Shown here: positions 8,797 to 18,082 of the stretch, in pieces
How the letters are laid out: every line of letters starts with the position of its first letter
How positions within the stretch are numbered: the first letter of the stretch is position 1
Source: Nitrososphaerota archaeon
GTDB taxonomy: Archaea; Thermoproteota; Nitrososphaeria_A; Caldarchaeales; Calditenuaceae
Assembly: GCA_038741355.1 (NCBI GenBank)
Contig: JAVYLC010000015.1
Coordinates: 539 to 32,538 of the forward strand
Direction of reading: 5' to 3'
Length of the DNA stretch: 32,000 bases
Position numbers and translations under genes: made by a program
Notes under the pieces: model-generated
Told to the model about the DNA's origin: nothing
Database searches by the model: none
Seen by the model: the letters and a program-made list of their open reading frames with translations, nothing else

Positions 8797-9963
8797 TTAC
8801 TTAGACTTAGCTCGCTCAACGAAGGAAGCTATCTTCCCGGCTGCCTCCACAAGCTTCTCAGGGCTCGCCGAGAGAGTAACCCTGAAATGCCCCTCACCAC
8901 CCTTACCAAACGCCTCCCCCGGAATAGTAACCACACCCTCTTCTTTTGCGAGTTGGTTGCAGAAGTTTTCTGAGTCTAGGGGGATGGGTATGCGGGGGAA
9001 CAGGTAAATCCCACCTTTTGGTAGGTGTGCGGGTATTCCATGGGCGTTTAACGCCTTGTGTAGGGCGTCACGTCTCCTCCAATACTCTGACACTTTCTCG
9101 TTTATCATTTTCTGCACCTCGCTGGATTTGAGGGCGTAGAGTGCGACGTGCTGTGCTACGCTCGGTGGGCAGGCATTGATGTATGCTTGCAGCTTGATGA
9201 CGCGAGCTCTTAAGTGGTCGGGCACTATCATGTATCCCAGCCTCCATCCAGTCATCGCAAGGGTCTTCGAGAAACTATTAACAATAATAATCCTATCATA
9301 TTCTCCCCAATACTTCGCAGCGCTGATATAGTCTGCACCGTATACAAATCTTTCATAAACTTCATCAGATATCAGATAGACTCCGCTCTCCCTGCACTCC
9401 TCCACCAACTCCGAGAAGGTTCGCTCATCAATTACAGTACCTGTAGGGTTTGTAGGGGTGTTGAGTATCACCGCGGCCTTCTTATCCTTGAGTGTTGACT
9501 TGACGCCCCCTACATCAAGTTGGAAGTCGCTCTCCGGAAGCGGCTCCACCTCTACTACCCTGCCACCTAAAATCTGAGTGAGAGCCCTGAAAGAGGGGAA
9601 AGAGGGGGTGGGAATAACAACCGCCTCTCCCAGCCGAATTATTGAGGCTAACGACATGAAGAGGGCGCTCGAGGCACCTGGGGTCACCACCACGTTATCA
9701 GGGCCTATGTCAATACCCCATCTCTTGCTATAAGCCTCCGCTATCTCCTCTCTCAGCTTAACTATTCCGGCTGTCTGAGTGTATTTGTTTAACCCCTGCC
9801 TAATTGCGCGTTCAGCCTCCGCCTTGAGCGGCTCAAACATGTCAAAATCCGGCTCACCAATACCCAAGTTTATCATGTTTCCTCGGCTGTCTACATTATC
9901 AAAATATTTTATTGCCCATGAAGCTTCGCCGTCATCGAGCCGCACCTCTTTATCCTTTTTCAT
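8797..9963 (-). CDS. Class I/II pyridoxal-phosphate aminotransferase (aspartate/aromatic type)
   Basis: The 388 aa protein has the SFSKTLAMTGWRLGY PLP-lysine motif, plus NLGIGEPDF and NTPTNPTG motifs. Confidence 0.9.
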   Translation of the reverse strand: MKKDKEVRLDDGEASWAIKYFDNVDSRGNMINLGIGEPDFDMFEPLKAEAERAIRQGLNKYTQTAGIVKLREEIAEAYSKRWGIDIGPDNVVVTPGASSALFMSLASIIRLGEAVVIPTPSFPSFRALTQILGGRVVEVEPLPESDFQLDVGGVKSTLKDKKAAVILNTPTNPTGTVIDERTFSELVEECRESGVYLISDEVYERFVYGADYISAAKYWGEYDRIIIVNSFSKTLAMTGWRLGYMIVPDHLRARVIKLQAYINACPPSVAQHVALYALKSSEVQKMINEKVSEYWRRRDALHKALNAHGIPAHLPKGGIYLFPRIPIPLDSENFCNQLAKEEGVVTIPGEAFGKGGEGHFRVTLSASPEKLVEAAGKIASFVERAKSK

Positions 9964-10052
9964 CAGATAACTAGTACAACTCCTCGCTATTACTTTTCCC
10001 TACCCAATTATGATGGAGCCTCATTACTTATTAGCAAGACCTGTTCATATAG

Positions 10053-10841
10053 ATGGTGGAGTTAGTCTTGAAGATCGCGGTGCTACAGATAGCTTTAAGG
10101 GAGGATCAGGCGGAAAGGTTCAAAGATGTAGAAGCGCTAATCAATCTTCTACATATCCGCGAACCAGATATAGCCTTGTTGCCGGAGGCGTGGATAAGCC
10201 CTGACCCTCTTAACAATCTTGATAAGGCCGTGGCGGAGAGCAGAGCTGCACTTGAGAAGCTGCGCAGACTTGCGGTAGAATATGGGGTCGTCATACTTGG
10301 TGGTGGCCTATACCTCGCCAGCGGAGAGAAACTCCATGTTTCCTGCCCAATAATCGGCAGTAATGGCGAAATTATTGGTTTTCAAGAAAAGATACACCTG
10401 TTTAGGCGCGAGAACGGCTTAATCCAAAGGGGCGAGTCTTTCAGAACATTTGTGGTTAAAGGCGTGAGAATAGGAGTGGTAATCTGCCATGACATAGTAT
10501 ACCCAGAGGCTGTAAGGACACTCGCCCTAAATGATGCTCAAATCATATTTAACCCAGCAAGGATAGTCTCCCGCGGAAAAGAAGCCTGGCACCTCTACCT
10601 CAAAGTCAGAAGCCTCGAGAACCGGATCCCCCTCTACGCGGCAAACCTCTGGTCACCGCCGAAATATTCAGGCGGCTCCTGCTCGGTCAAGCCAATTCAC
10701 TATGGCGATGAGATATATCTTCCAGAGTTGATAGAGGCTAGGCCGGGTGTATCAGCCGTTATGGATGAAGTTGACGAGAAGGCATTGAGCGAGGCTAGAC
10801 GTGAGAGACTGGGTGGCAGAATACCACATGCCTACTATTAG
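10053..10841 (+). CDS. Carbon-nitrogen hydrolase (nitrilase superfamily; possible omega-amidase)
   Basis: The 262 aa protein shows Glu (LPEAW), Lys and Cys (VVICHDIVYPE) elements of the CN-hydrolase catalytic triad pattern. Confidence 0.85.
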   Translation: MVELVLKIAVLQIALREDQAERFKDVEALINLLHIREPDIALLPEAWISPDPLNNLDKAVAESRAALEKLRRLAVEYGVVILGGGLYLASGEKLHVSCPIIGSNGEIIGFQEKIHLFRRENGLIQRGESFRTFVVKGVRIGVVICHDIVYPEAVRTLALNDAQIIFNPARIVSRGKEAWHLYLKVRSLENRIPLYAANLWSPPKYSGGSCSVKPIHYGDEIYLPELIEARPGVSAVMDEVDEKALSEARRERLGGRIPHAYY

Positions 10842-10945
10842 TCAAGTAGCGGATCGGTCATTGGTGATGGCCACTGAGTGAGGGTGGGGAGAGGCTATAC
10901 AGGAAGCTGAGCCGGGCAGAAGCCCTAGCAGACATAAAGAATAGA

Positions 10946-11704
10946 ATGCTAGAAAAGGACCGCTCACTGGACTCGTCCGCATTTGAGGAGGTCTTCGACC
11001 GTGCCACACTCCAATCCCTATACGAGCTGGTGAGGCGCGGCGTCTTCGAAGACTTTTATGGAGTTGTTAGCGCAGGTAAGGAGTCGAGAATATATTATGC
11101 GCGGAGTAGGGATGGTGAAGAGCTAGCAGTCAAGATATACCTAGTAAATAACACCGAGTTTCGAAGAACACGGATGATATATGTGGCTGGTGACCACAAC
11201 TTCGAGAGACCTGGGCTCAGCCTGAGAAAATTCATAGATGCCTGGGCTAAGCGAGAGTTTAGGAACCTGAAAACAGCTTTCGACGCGGGTATACCCGTCC
11301 CGAAGCCCTATGCAGTCCATAGAAACATTCTGGTCATGTCTTTTCTGGGCTTGGATGGTGCTAGATACCCCCTGCTCCGCGAGACAAGGTACAGTAGGGA
11401 AGAGTACTCCCTAATCTATGAAAAAGTCATTGACTACATCTTCAAACTTTACAGAAATGCTCGGCTGGTTCACAGTGACTTAAGCGAGTTTAACATCATG
11501 GCCCCTGACACAAACACGATCTATTTCATAGACCTGTCCCAGGCTGTCCCACTAACAAACACATACGCTCAAATCCTACTCATGAGGGACTTGAGAAACG
11601 TAAATCGGTTCTTCTCCAGCATGGGTGCAGACACTTGGGATGAAAACTCCCTATTCAGGGAGTTGACAGGTGAGGAACCGCCAGCAGGGCTTACACCTAT
11701 ATAG
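10946..11704 (+). CDS. rio1: RIO-type serine protein kinase (Rio1-like, no N-terminal wHTH)
   Basis: The protein carries SAGKESRIYYA (nucleotide loop), LVHSDLSEFNIM (catalytic loop) and FIDLSQAV (metal-binding loop). It is 252 aa. Confidence 0.85.
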   Translation: MLEKDRSLDSSAFEEVFDRATLQSLYELVRRGVFEDFYGVVSAGKESRIYYARSRDGEELAVKIYLVNNTEFRRTRMIYVAGDHNFERPGLSLRKFIDAWAKREFRNLKTAFDAGIPVPKPYAVHRNILVMSFLGLDGARYPLLRETRYSREEYSLIYEKVIDYIFKLYRNARLVHSDLSEFNIMAPDTNTIYFIDLSQAVPLTNTYAQILLMRDLRNVNRFFSSMGADTWDENSLFRELTGEEPPAGLTPI

Positions 11705-11727
11705 GAACACATCTTATATTCATTAGC

Positions 11728-12132
11728 ATGACCCAGTGGCACTCGGACTCTCACAAGCGGAAAAAGAGCGGCGGAAAGAAGGGTGTGCATAGGAAGAAGA
11801 GGAGGTATGAGCGCGGTAGAGACATGATATTCTGCACGGTTGGCGAGCCAGAAAGGATAAGCATCAGGACTCGGGGGGGTGGCATCAAACAGATACTGAA
11901 ATCAGATAGGCTCGCCAACGTCTATGACCCCTCCAGCAGGAGAACTATCAGAACAGAAATACTTGGCGTGAGATCCAACCCAGTGAACAGCGAATTTGAG
12001 AGGAGAGGCGTGATAACAAGAGGAGCAATAATAGAGACCAAGCTCGGAGACGCCAGAGTAACATCAAAACCAGGCTCTGATGGTGTAATAAACGCTGTGC
12101 TGATAAAGCCAGTCTCAACCAATCCAGCATGA
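11728..12132 (+). CDS. rps8e: 30S ribosomal protein S8e
   Basis: MTQWHSDSHKRKKSGGKKGVHRKKRRYERG... is the typical S8e N-terminus. The protein is 134 aa. Confidence 0.95.
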   Translation: MTQWHSDSHKRKKSGGKKGVHRKKRRYERGRDMIFCTVGEPERISIRTRGGGIKQILKSDRLANVYDPSSRRTIRTEILGVRSNPVNSEFERRGVITRGAIIETKLGDARVTSKPGSDGVINAVLIKPVSTNPA

Positions 12133-12413
12133 TTCGGAGAGATGGCTACATCATCTGGACTGTTTATTTCGACGCAGCTCTAAGTAGGTCTGAAGGCAGG
12201 CGCGTACCTTTAAGACTAGCATTCAAAAACCCCACACAGGAAATCTTACTCAAATCACTGCAGAAACTAGGATGGCAGTACGAGCTTTTAGATAAAAGCC
12301 ACCCGGCAGCGTGGTGGAGGAAGAATGCCTTAATATTGGTTAAGCCCCCTAAAAATATTAAGAAGACTGAAGCCATAAGACTGATTGCGCAGCACATATG
12401 GGAGAAGCGTTGA
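12129..12413 (+). CDS. srp19: Signal recognition particle protein SRP19
   Basis: The 94 aa protein has IWTVYFDAALSRSEGRRVP, the SRP19 hallmark. It shares an ATGA start/stop overlap with rps8e. Confidence 0.9.
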   Translation: MIRRDGYIIWTVYFDAALSRSEGRRVPLRLAFKNPTQEILLKSLQKLGWQYELLDKSHPAAWWRKNALILVKPPKNIKKTEAIRLIAQHIWEKR

Positions 12414-12691
12414 CTCAGAAAGGGCTAGTGCCTATCGGAGAGGTTTTCAGAATATTCCAAGGGAGTATCCTCCTAAAAGGTAACGCCATTCCTAAGCTAG
12501 GTGATACAGTCTACACCACAGACGGCAAGGTAATCGGTTATGTCTCAGACATCTTCGGCAGAATAAGCGGCTTCTATATCGTCGTGAGACTGACTGGCGA
12601 GAAGCTAGATCTCAAGATAGGTGAGAAGCTCTATCTACTGGGCAAGACAGGCCCTGCGAGGCCCTCAGGACAAGTTAAGCCGCACCCGTGA
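12398..12691 (+). CDS. gar1: H/ACA RNP component Gar1
   Basis: The 97 aa protein has LKGNAIPKLGDTVYTTDGKVIGYVSDIFGRISGFYIVVRL, which fits the Gar1 pattern (..G..V.....IG.V.DVFGP...PY..V). It overlaps srp19 by 16 nt. Confidence 0.8.
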   Translation: MGEALTQKGLVPIGEVFRIFQGSILLKGNAIPKLGDTVYTTDGKVIGYVSDIFGRISGFYIVVRLTGEKLDLKIGEKLYLLGKTGPARPSGQVKPHP

Positions 12692-13118
12692 TTTTTCTAA
12701 GATTATTGACAAGCTCCTTTACTTTAGACTTCGCCACATCCTGAATAATCCTAGCGCCGAGGCTTGCCGCGGCACCCCCCACAGTAACGTCTGAGACCCA
12801 TTTCACCTCAGAAAGCCTCTCCCCCTTGTCAATGATATCCAAGTCTATTTTCAAATCGATTGTCGACTGCATGCCTGATCCCTTCCCAACAAGGGTCACA
12901 TGGCTTGGCTCCCTCAAATCGACGTATGTGAAGTCCATCTTTATGGTGCCGCTTAAAACGCCGAGCTTCACCTTAAACTCAGCCTCAAAGCCCCGGTCAG
13001 ACTTGATCTCCAGTTTTTTTAGGTCGGGTATTGCCTTGCTAATCTGCCTTGGACTTGTTACCAGCTGCCAAACTCTCTCGGGTGGGAGTGGTGTCTCAAA
13101 AGACCCTTCTAGCCTCAT
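12675..13118 (-). CDS. coxG: SRPBCC-fold protein, carbon monoxide dehydrogenase subunit G (CoxG)-like
   Basis: The 147 aa protein (MRLEGSFETPLPPERVWQLVTSP...AIPDLKKLE...FKVKLGVLSGTIKMDF) is typical of the CoxG family. Confidence 0.8.
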   Translation of the reverse strand: MRLEGSFETPLPPERVWQLVTSPRQISKAIPDLKKLEIKSDRGFEAEFKVKLGVLSGTIKMDFTYVDLREPSHVTLVGKGSGMQSTIDLKIDLDIIDKGERLSEVKWVSDVTVGGAAASLGARIIQDVAKSKVKELVNNLRKITGAA

Positions 13119-13226
13119 CGCGCCTTATTGTGTCTCCCCTCTAAATAAGTCTACCGAGAATATAGTGTGAGGGCAAAGTTTTATTAAGTCAGTTAACGCG
13201 ACTGATTTGGATGGTGTATCAATAGG

Positions 13227-14132
13227 TTGTCTAGAGCCGATATTCTCGAGGGCTTAACGATAGATACTCTGATCGAAAAGCTCGAGAAGCACCTTTACGT
13301 TGCAGATAGAAGCTTGGCGACTGCGCTTTATCTCGCCATCAAGATGAATAAGCCCCTCCTTATTGAAGGTGAGCCTGGTTGCGGGAAGACGGAGATTGCC
13401 AAGGTGCTTGCCGAGGTTCTCCAGACAGACTTGATTCGGCTGCAATGCTACGAGGGTCTCGACGCCTCTGACGCCATATATGAGTGGAACTATCCTAAAC
13501 AGCTCCTCTACATTAGGCTACTCGAGAATAAAGGTGACTTAAGGGATGTTGAGTCGGAGATATTCAGCGAAAAGTTCCTTCTTAAGCGTCCGCTCCTAGC
13601 AGCCGTGATGCATGAAGGTGAGATTCCGCCGGTTCTTCTGATAGATGAGATTGATAGAGCTGATGAGGAGTTTGAAGGTTTCCTCCTCGAATTTTTAGCA
13701 GAGTTTCAGGTTACCATACCTGAGATAGGGACGATCAAGTGCAAGAAGCAGCCCATAGTCATACTTACATCGAATAGGACTAGGGAGATTGGAGACGGCT
13801 TGAAGAGGCGCTGCCTCTACTATTATCAGTCTTACCCGAGCAGGGAGAAGGAGTTGAAGATACTGAAGCTGAAGGTGAGGGGGCTGGATGAGTCGGTTAT
13901 GGCGAAGATCGTTGACTTCGTGAACGTAGTTAGACAGAGGCCCGAGGTTTCGAAGAAGCCCGGGATCTCCGAGTCCCTCGACTGGGCGAACGCGCTAGCT
14001 AGGCTGTCAGCGAGGGATCTCAATAGAGATACGGTATTGGCTACACTCTCCTGCATAATTAAAACCCAGGAAGACCTGATGAGAATAGATGTAGACTCAA
14101 TTCTCTCCATGATAGGGGGGAAGAGCGTCTAA
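13227..14132 (+). CDS. MoxR-family AAA+ ATPase (CoxD-like)
   Basis: It has Walker A GEPGCGKT, Walker B LLIDEIDRA, and the MoxR-type length of 301 aa. The start codon is TTG. Confidence 0.9.
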   Translation: MSRADILEGLTIDTLIEKLEKHLYVADRSLATALYLAIKMNKPLLIEGEPGCGKTEIAKVLAEVLQTDLIRLQCYEGLDASDAIYEWNYPKQLLYIRLLENKGDLRDVESEIFSEKFLLKRPLLAAVMHEGEIPPVLLIDEIDRADEEFEGFLLEFLAEFQVTIPEIGTIKCKKQPIVILTSNRTREIGDGLKRRCLYYYQSYPSREKELKILKLKVRGLDESVMAKIVDFVNVVRQRPEVSKKPGISESLDWANALARLSARDLNRDTVLATLSCIIKTQEDLMRIDVDSILSMIGGKSV

Positions 14133-14134
14133 AG

Positions 14135-15295
14135 ATGCATCTATACGACTTCGTCTGCGGACTGGCGAGAAGCTTCAGGAGGCAGGGTCTAAAAGTTGGT
14201 ATCTCAGAGTCTATTGACGCATGCCAAGCCATCGGCCTTGTTATTGATAGGGGCCTCGAGGACATACTTACCGCGATACGTGTTACAATGGTGAAGGATC
14301 CCTCGAAATATCACCTGATCGAGCAAGCCCTTGAGGAGATTGCCTCTGGAGGTGCTGGGGAGGGCGAGGGGCAGTCTGGTGAACAGGGTAGTGAAGGCTC
14401 TGAGTACGCTCTGCAGCAGATGGGTATGTCGAAAGGCTCAGGACAGGACCAAAATAGCGCCTCGACCCAGTACATCATGTATAGTCCCGCAGAGTCACTG
14501 CACAGGAGAAGCCTAAGACCAATAGACATCCATACACTGAAGACCGGCAAAAGGATAATCAAGAGAATGCGCAGGAGGCTAGCCGTTCTCCCCGGAAGGC
14601 GCTCAACATTTTCAAAGAAAGGTGATATAGCGTTTGCAAAGACTGTCAGACATAGTTTTAGAACTTTTGGGGAAATAATGGAGCTGAGGAAATCTACTAA
14701 GATTCTCTCGCGCGCGAGGCTGGTTGCCCTTATCGACATAAGTGGCTCGATGGACACATATACTGAGTGGCTTGTCAGGGCAATGTACCTATTCAGCAGA
14801 TTCACTAGACGTGTAGAAGTATTCGTTTTCAGTACTAGGTTGAGGCGCATAACTGATCTTCTCTCAATAACAGACTTCGACGTGATAAGGAGGAGACTAT
14901 CAAGCGAGATCGACCTATGGGGGAGTGGCACGCGTATAGGCTACAGCCTGAAAATATTCATAGACAATTATGGCAACATGTTGAACAGGAGCTGGATAGC
15001 GGTAATAGTGAGTGATGGCTGGGATACAGGTGAGCCCGAGTTGCTGAGATTGAGCATGAGCAATCTAAGACAGAGGGTGGGGAGAATAATATGGCTGAAC
15101 CCACACACAGATAAGCCTAACTTCAAACCCCTCACAATCGGGATGATAACAGCCCTACCATACATCGATGTTCTAGCAGGTATGAGCGTGCTTGAAGACT
15201 ATAGCTCGTTTCTGAGGTTCTTTGGAAAGTCAATTAAACCCTTGAGGCGTGGTGAAAGTCTTGTCAGCCGCCAGCCCGAGAGACTGGCGCTATAG
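14135..15295 (+). CDS. VWA domain protein (CoxE-like), partner of the MoxR ATPase
   Basis: It has a MIDAS-type DISGSM motif and the WLNPH motif typical of CoxE-like VWA proteins. It starts 2 nt after the MoxR stop. Confidence 0.85.
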   Translation: MHLYDFVCGLARSFRRQGLKVGISESIDACQAIGLVIDRGLEDILTAIRVTMVKDPSKYHLIEQALEEIASGGAGEGEGQSGEQGSEGSEYALQQMGMSKGSGQDQNSASTQYIMYSPAESLHRRSLRPIDIHTLKTGKRIIKRMRRRLAVLPGRRSTFSKKGDIAFAKTVRHSFRTFGEIMELRKSTKILSRARLVALIDISGSMDTYTEWLVRAMYLFSRFTRRVEVFVFSTRLRRITDLLSITDFDVIRRRLSSEIDLWGSGTRIGYSLKIFIDNYGNMLNRSWIAVIVSDGWDTGEPELLRLSMSNLRQRVGRIIWLNPHTDKPNFKPLTIGMITALPYIDVLAGMSVLEDYSSFLRFFGKSIKPLRRGESLVSRQPERLAL

Positions 15296-16553
15296 GCGGA
15301 TATCCAAATTTAACGAGGTTGAAGAAGTCCTAGCCGAAGTTACGCACCGTATGACGGTAAAGCTAGCTGCGGTTACCATGAGGACTAGGTATGCTGTGGG
15401 CCGTATCTTGGCAGAGGACGTTTTTGCACGAATCGATCTACCCCCCTTCCACATGTCTCATATCGATGGATTCGCAGTTCGGAGCTCGGATCTTAGTGGT
15501 GCTTCAGAAGATGCGCCTGTAGGGCTTGTTGTCGAGGGGCATATTGGGCCCGGAGAGCGTGGAGGGCGGATAGGGCCAGGCGGTGCCTTCAGAATCCACA
15601 CTGGAGGGTATCTCCCCGAAGGCGCTGACACAGTTGTCCCTCAGGAGGATATCTTCACTAATGGCTCGAAGATCTATGTCTCTCGACCATACCGTCCATT
15701 TGAGAATGTCGTTCCAGCTGGCAGTGATGTACGCCGCGGACAGCTATTGGCTAGGAAGGGTGATGTTTTGTCGCCGGCCAAGGCCTCGCTACTCGAGGCG
15801 CTCAGGGTATACGAGGTTAGTGTGCGCGAGGCCCCGCGTGTCACCATACTCTCTTTCGGGGACGAGCTTACTGACAATCCCGCTGAGGCCGAGGGTGGAA
15901 AGATACTGAACACACACGCGTTGTTAGTGTCTGAGATGGCTCGCGCCCTCGGATGCGAGCTTGTCAGAACCGCCATTGTCCCAGATAGGCCTGAGGCTGT
16001 AGGGACGGCCATAGATGAGAGTGTCAACAACTCTCACTGCGTCTTGACAATAGGTGGGTCAAGTGTGGGTGACATCGACCTGGTTGGTGCTGAGCTGAGT
16101 AAACGGGCGGAGCTTTTCATACAGGGGCTTAAACTACAGCCCGGTAGGGTGGGTGGAATAGCGTTAATAGGGGGCAAACCCTTAGTAATGCTTCCAGGGC
16201 TCATACACTCTACTGTCAACGTCTTTAACTATCTTGCGGCGCCGGTGTTGTTGCATATGCTTGAAGCTAGCTTAGAGCAATTCGTCATAAGGGTTGATGC
16301 ATATTTGGCGCAGACTGTGGAGTTTCAGCGCTGGGTTGACTTCAAGAGGATCGTCTGGGCCACTCTAAAGAGGCAGGACGGCGAAGGATATGAGGCACAC
16401 CCCAACGTCGCCGACGCCTCCAATATCTCGTCAATCACCTATTCCCATGGATTCATAGAAGTGCCACCCAACAAGCCCGTCATCGCTAGGGGGGAAAGAG
16501 TGGTGGTAAGGATTCCACTCTGGATTACTCGAAGCATCAAAGAACTGGTCTAG
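15249..16553 (+). CDS. moeA: Molybdopterin molybdenumtransferase MoeA
   Basis: The motifs HIDGFAVRS, RIHTGGYLPEGADTVV and TIGGSSVGDIDL support the call. The start is uncertain (GTG 15249, TTG 15261 or ATG 15351), and the first two overlap the coxE-like stop. Confidence 0.85.
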   Translation: MVKVLSAASPRDWRYRRISKFNEVEEVLAEVTHRMTVKLAAVTMRTRYAVGRILAEDVFARIDLPPFHMSHIDGFAVRSSDLSGASEDAPVGLVVEGHIGPGERGGRIGPGGAFRIHTGGYLPEGADTVVPQEDIFTNGSKIYVSRPYRPFENVVPAGSDVRRGQLLARKGDVLSPAKASLLEALRVYEVSVREAPRVTILSFGDELTDNPAEAEGGKILNTHALLVSEMARALGCELVRTAIVPDRPEAVGTAIDESVNNSHCVLTIGGSSVGDIDLVGAELSKRAELFIQGLKLQPGRVGGIALIGGKPLVMLPGLIHSTVNVFNYLAAPVLLHMLEASLEQFVIRVDAYLAQTVEFQRWVDFKRIVWATLKRQDGEGYEAHPNVADASNISSITYSHGFIEVPPNKPVIARGERVVVRIPLWITRSIKELV

Positions 16554-16642
16554 GTAGACTTAGTGGTCTCCGCAGCAATATTCTTAATCTTGATGGGGAA
16601 AAGAGGATACTCCTTATTAAGGCGCGAGAATATTGATATGCT

Positions 16643-18082
16643 GTGGCGCACTCTAATCCTGAATATCGGATTGAGAAGGACACGATGGGTGAGATGCGTG
16701 TCCCAGTAACCGCTTACTATGGTGCACAGACTGCGAGAGCCCTTGAGAACTTCCGGTTCTCCCAGCTCACGATGCCACGCCAATTCATCAAAGCCCTGGG
16801 ACTTATCAAGGCTGGCGCTGCAAAAGCTAACACCGAGCTTGGATTGCTGCCGAAGCACATCGGTGATGCGATCTATAAGGCTGCACTTGAGGTTGCAGAG
16901 GGCCTCCATGACGACCAGTTCGTAGTGGATATCTTCCAGACTGGATCAGGCACCTCAACCAACATGAATGCAAACGAGGTAATAGCCAACAGGGCCTCGG
17001 AACTGCTGGGCGGTAAGAGGGGTGATAAGATGCTCGTCCACCCAAATGACCACGTCAACATGGGACAATCGACCAACGACGTGATACCTACCGCTATAAG
17101 GGTCGCGGTTGCGTCGCTGATTCATGAGAAGCTCTTAAAGAGGCTTGACCTCTTGGCAAGCACACTTGAGCTCAAGGCCCAAGAGTTTAGAGACATAGTC
17201 AAGAGTGGCAGGACGCATCTTCAGGATGCAGTGCCTGTAACTCTGGGTCAAGAGTTTAGCGGGTATGCAGAGATGATGAGGAAGAGTGTCTATAGGGTTA
17301 GGAGGGCCTCAGAGGGGCTTCTAGAGCTACCTATAGGTGGTACAGCGGTCGGGACAGGTTTAAATGCTCACCCCGAGTTTGCCCCGAGGGTTGTAAAGTT
17401 CCTGTCCGAGTCTTTCGGCATTCCATTCGTAACTGCGAGGAATAGGTTTGAAGCGATGGGCAGCCAAGACGCCTGTGTCGAGGTCAGCGGAACACTAAGG
17501 TGCGTGGCAGGTAGCATCCTGAAGATATGTAACGACCTGCGGCTTTTATCGTCTGGCCCGGTTACAGGGTTCGGAGAGATTGAGATACCAGCCGTCCAGC
17601 CGGGCTCCTCAATAATGCCCGGCAAGGTCAACCCAGTGATTGTCGAGGCGTCAATGCTTGCGGCCTGCATGGTGGTTGGCTATGATGCAGCTATTTTTGA
17701 GGCCTCTCGCGTAGGTGAGCTCGAACTGAACATGGGCAACCCACTCATCGCCTATTGTCTGATAAACTCTGTAGAGCTTCTAAGCAGAACCGCCCAACAC
17801 CTCGCCGATAAGGTTATACCAGGAATCACGGCAAATGTGGAGAGGTGTAGGCTCTATGCGGAGAGCAGCCCAGCCACAATCACGGTACTGGCCCCTCTAA
17901 TCGGGTATGATAAAGCCGCTGAAGTAGCTAGGAGGGCGTTGAAGGAGAGACGCTCGATAAAGGATATCGTTGTTGAGATGGGGCTGATGAGCAGGGAGGA
18001 GATTGATAAGGCGTTTGACGTGAAGAAGATGACTGAGGGCGGCATAATAGTGTTAAAGAAGGAGCAGGCTCCTCAAGGATAG
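16643..18082 (+). CDS. Class II fumarase/aspartase family lyase (signature residues lean towards aspartate ammonia-lyase)
   Basis: It carries the GSSIMPGKVNP signature. GQSTNDVIPTA and VNPVIVEA look more AspA-like than FumC-like (SQSSND / VNPTQCEA). The protein is 479 aa with a GTG start. Confidence 0.9.
   Translation: MAHSNPEYRIEKDTMGEMRVPVTAYYGAQTARALENFRFSQLTMPRQFIKALGLIKAGAAKANTELGLLPKHIGDAIYKAALEVAEGLHDDQFVVDIFQTGSGTSTNMNANEVIANRASELLGGKRGDKMLVHPNDHVNMGQSTNDVIPTAIRVAVASLIHEKLLKRLDLLASTLELKAQEFRDIVKSGRTHLQDAVPVTLGQEFSGYAEMMRKSVYRVRRASEGLLELPIGGTAVGTGLNAHPEFAPRVVKFLSESFGIPFVTARNRFEAMGSQDACVEVSGTLRCVAGSILKICNDLRLLSSGPVTGFGEIEIPAVQPGSSIMPGKVNPVIVEASMLAACMVVGYDAAIFEASRVGELELNMGNPLIAYCLINSVELLSRTAQHLADKVIPGITANVERCRLYAESSPATITVLAPLIGYDKAAEVARRALKERRSIKDIVVEMGLMSREEIDKAFDVKKMTEGGIIVLKKEQAPQG

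Noticed and set aside
10864-10912. A possible C/D box sRNA upstream of the RIO kinase gene (GTGATGG ... CTGA ... CTGA).
   Set aside because: The first CTGA follows the C-like box after only 3 nt, there is no C' box, and the C box is imperfect. The spacing is incompatible with 12-nt guides.
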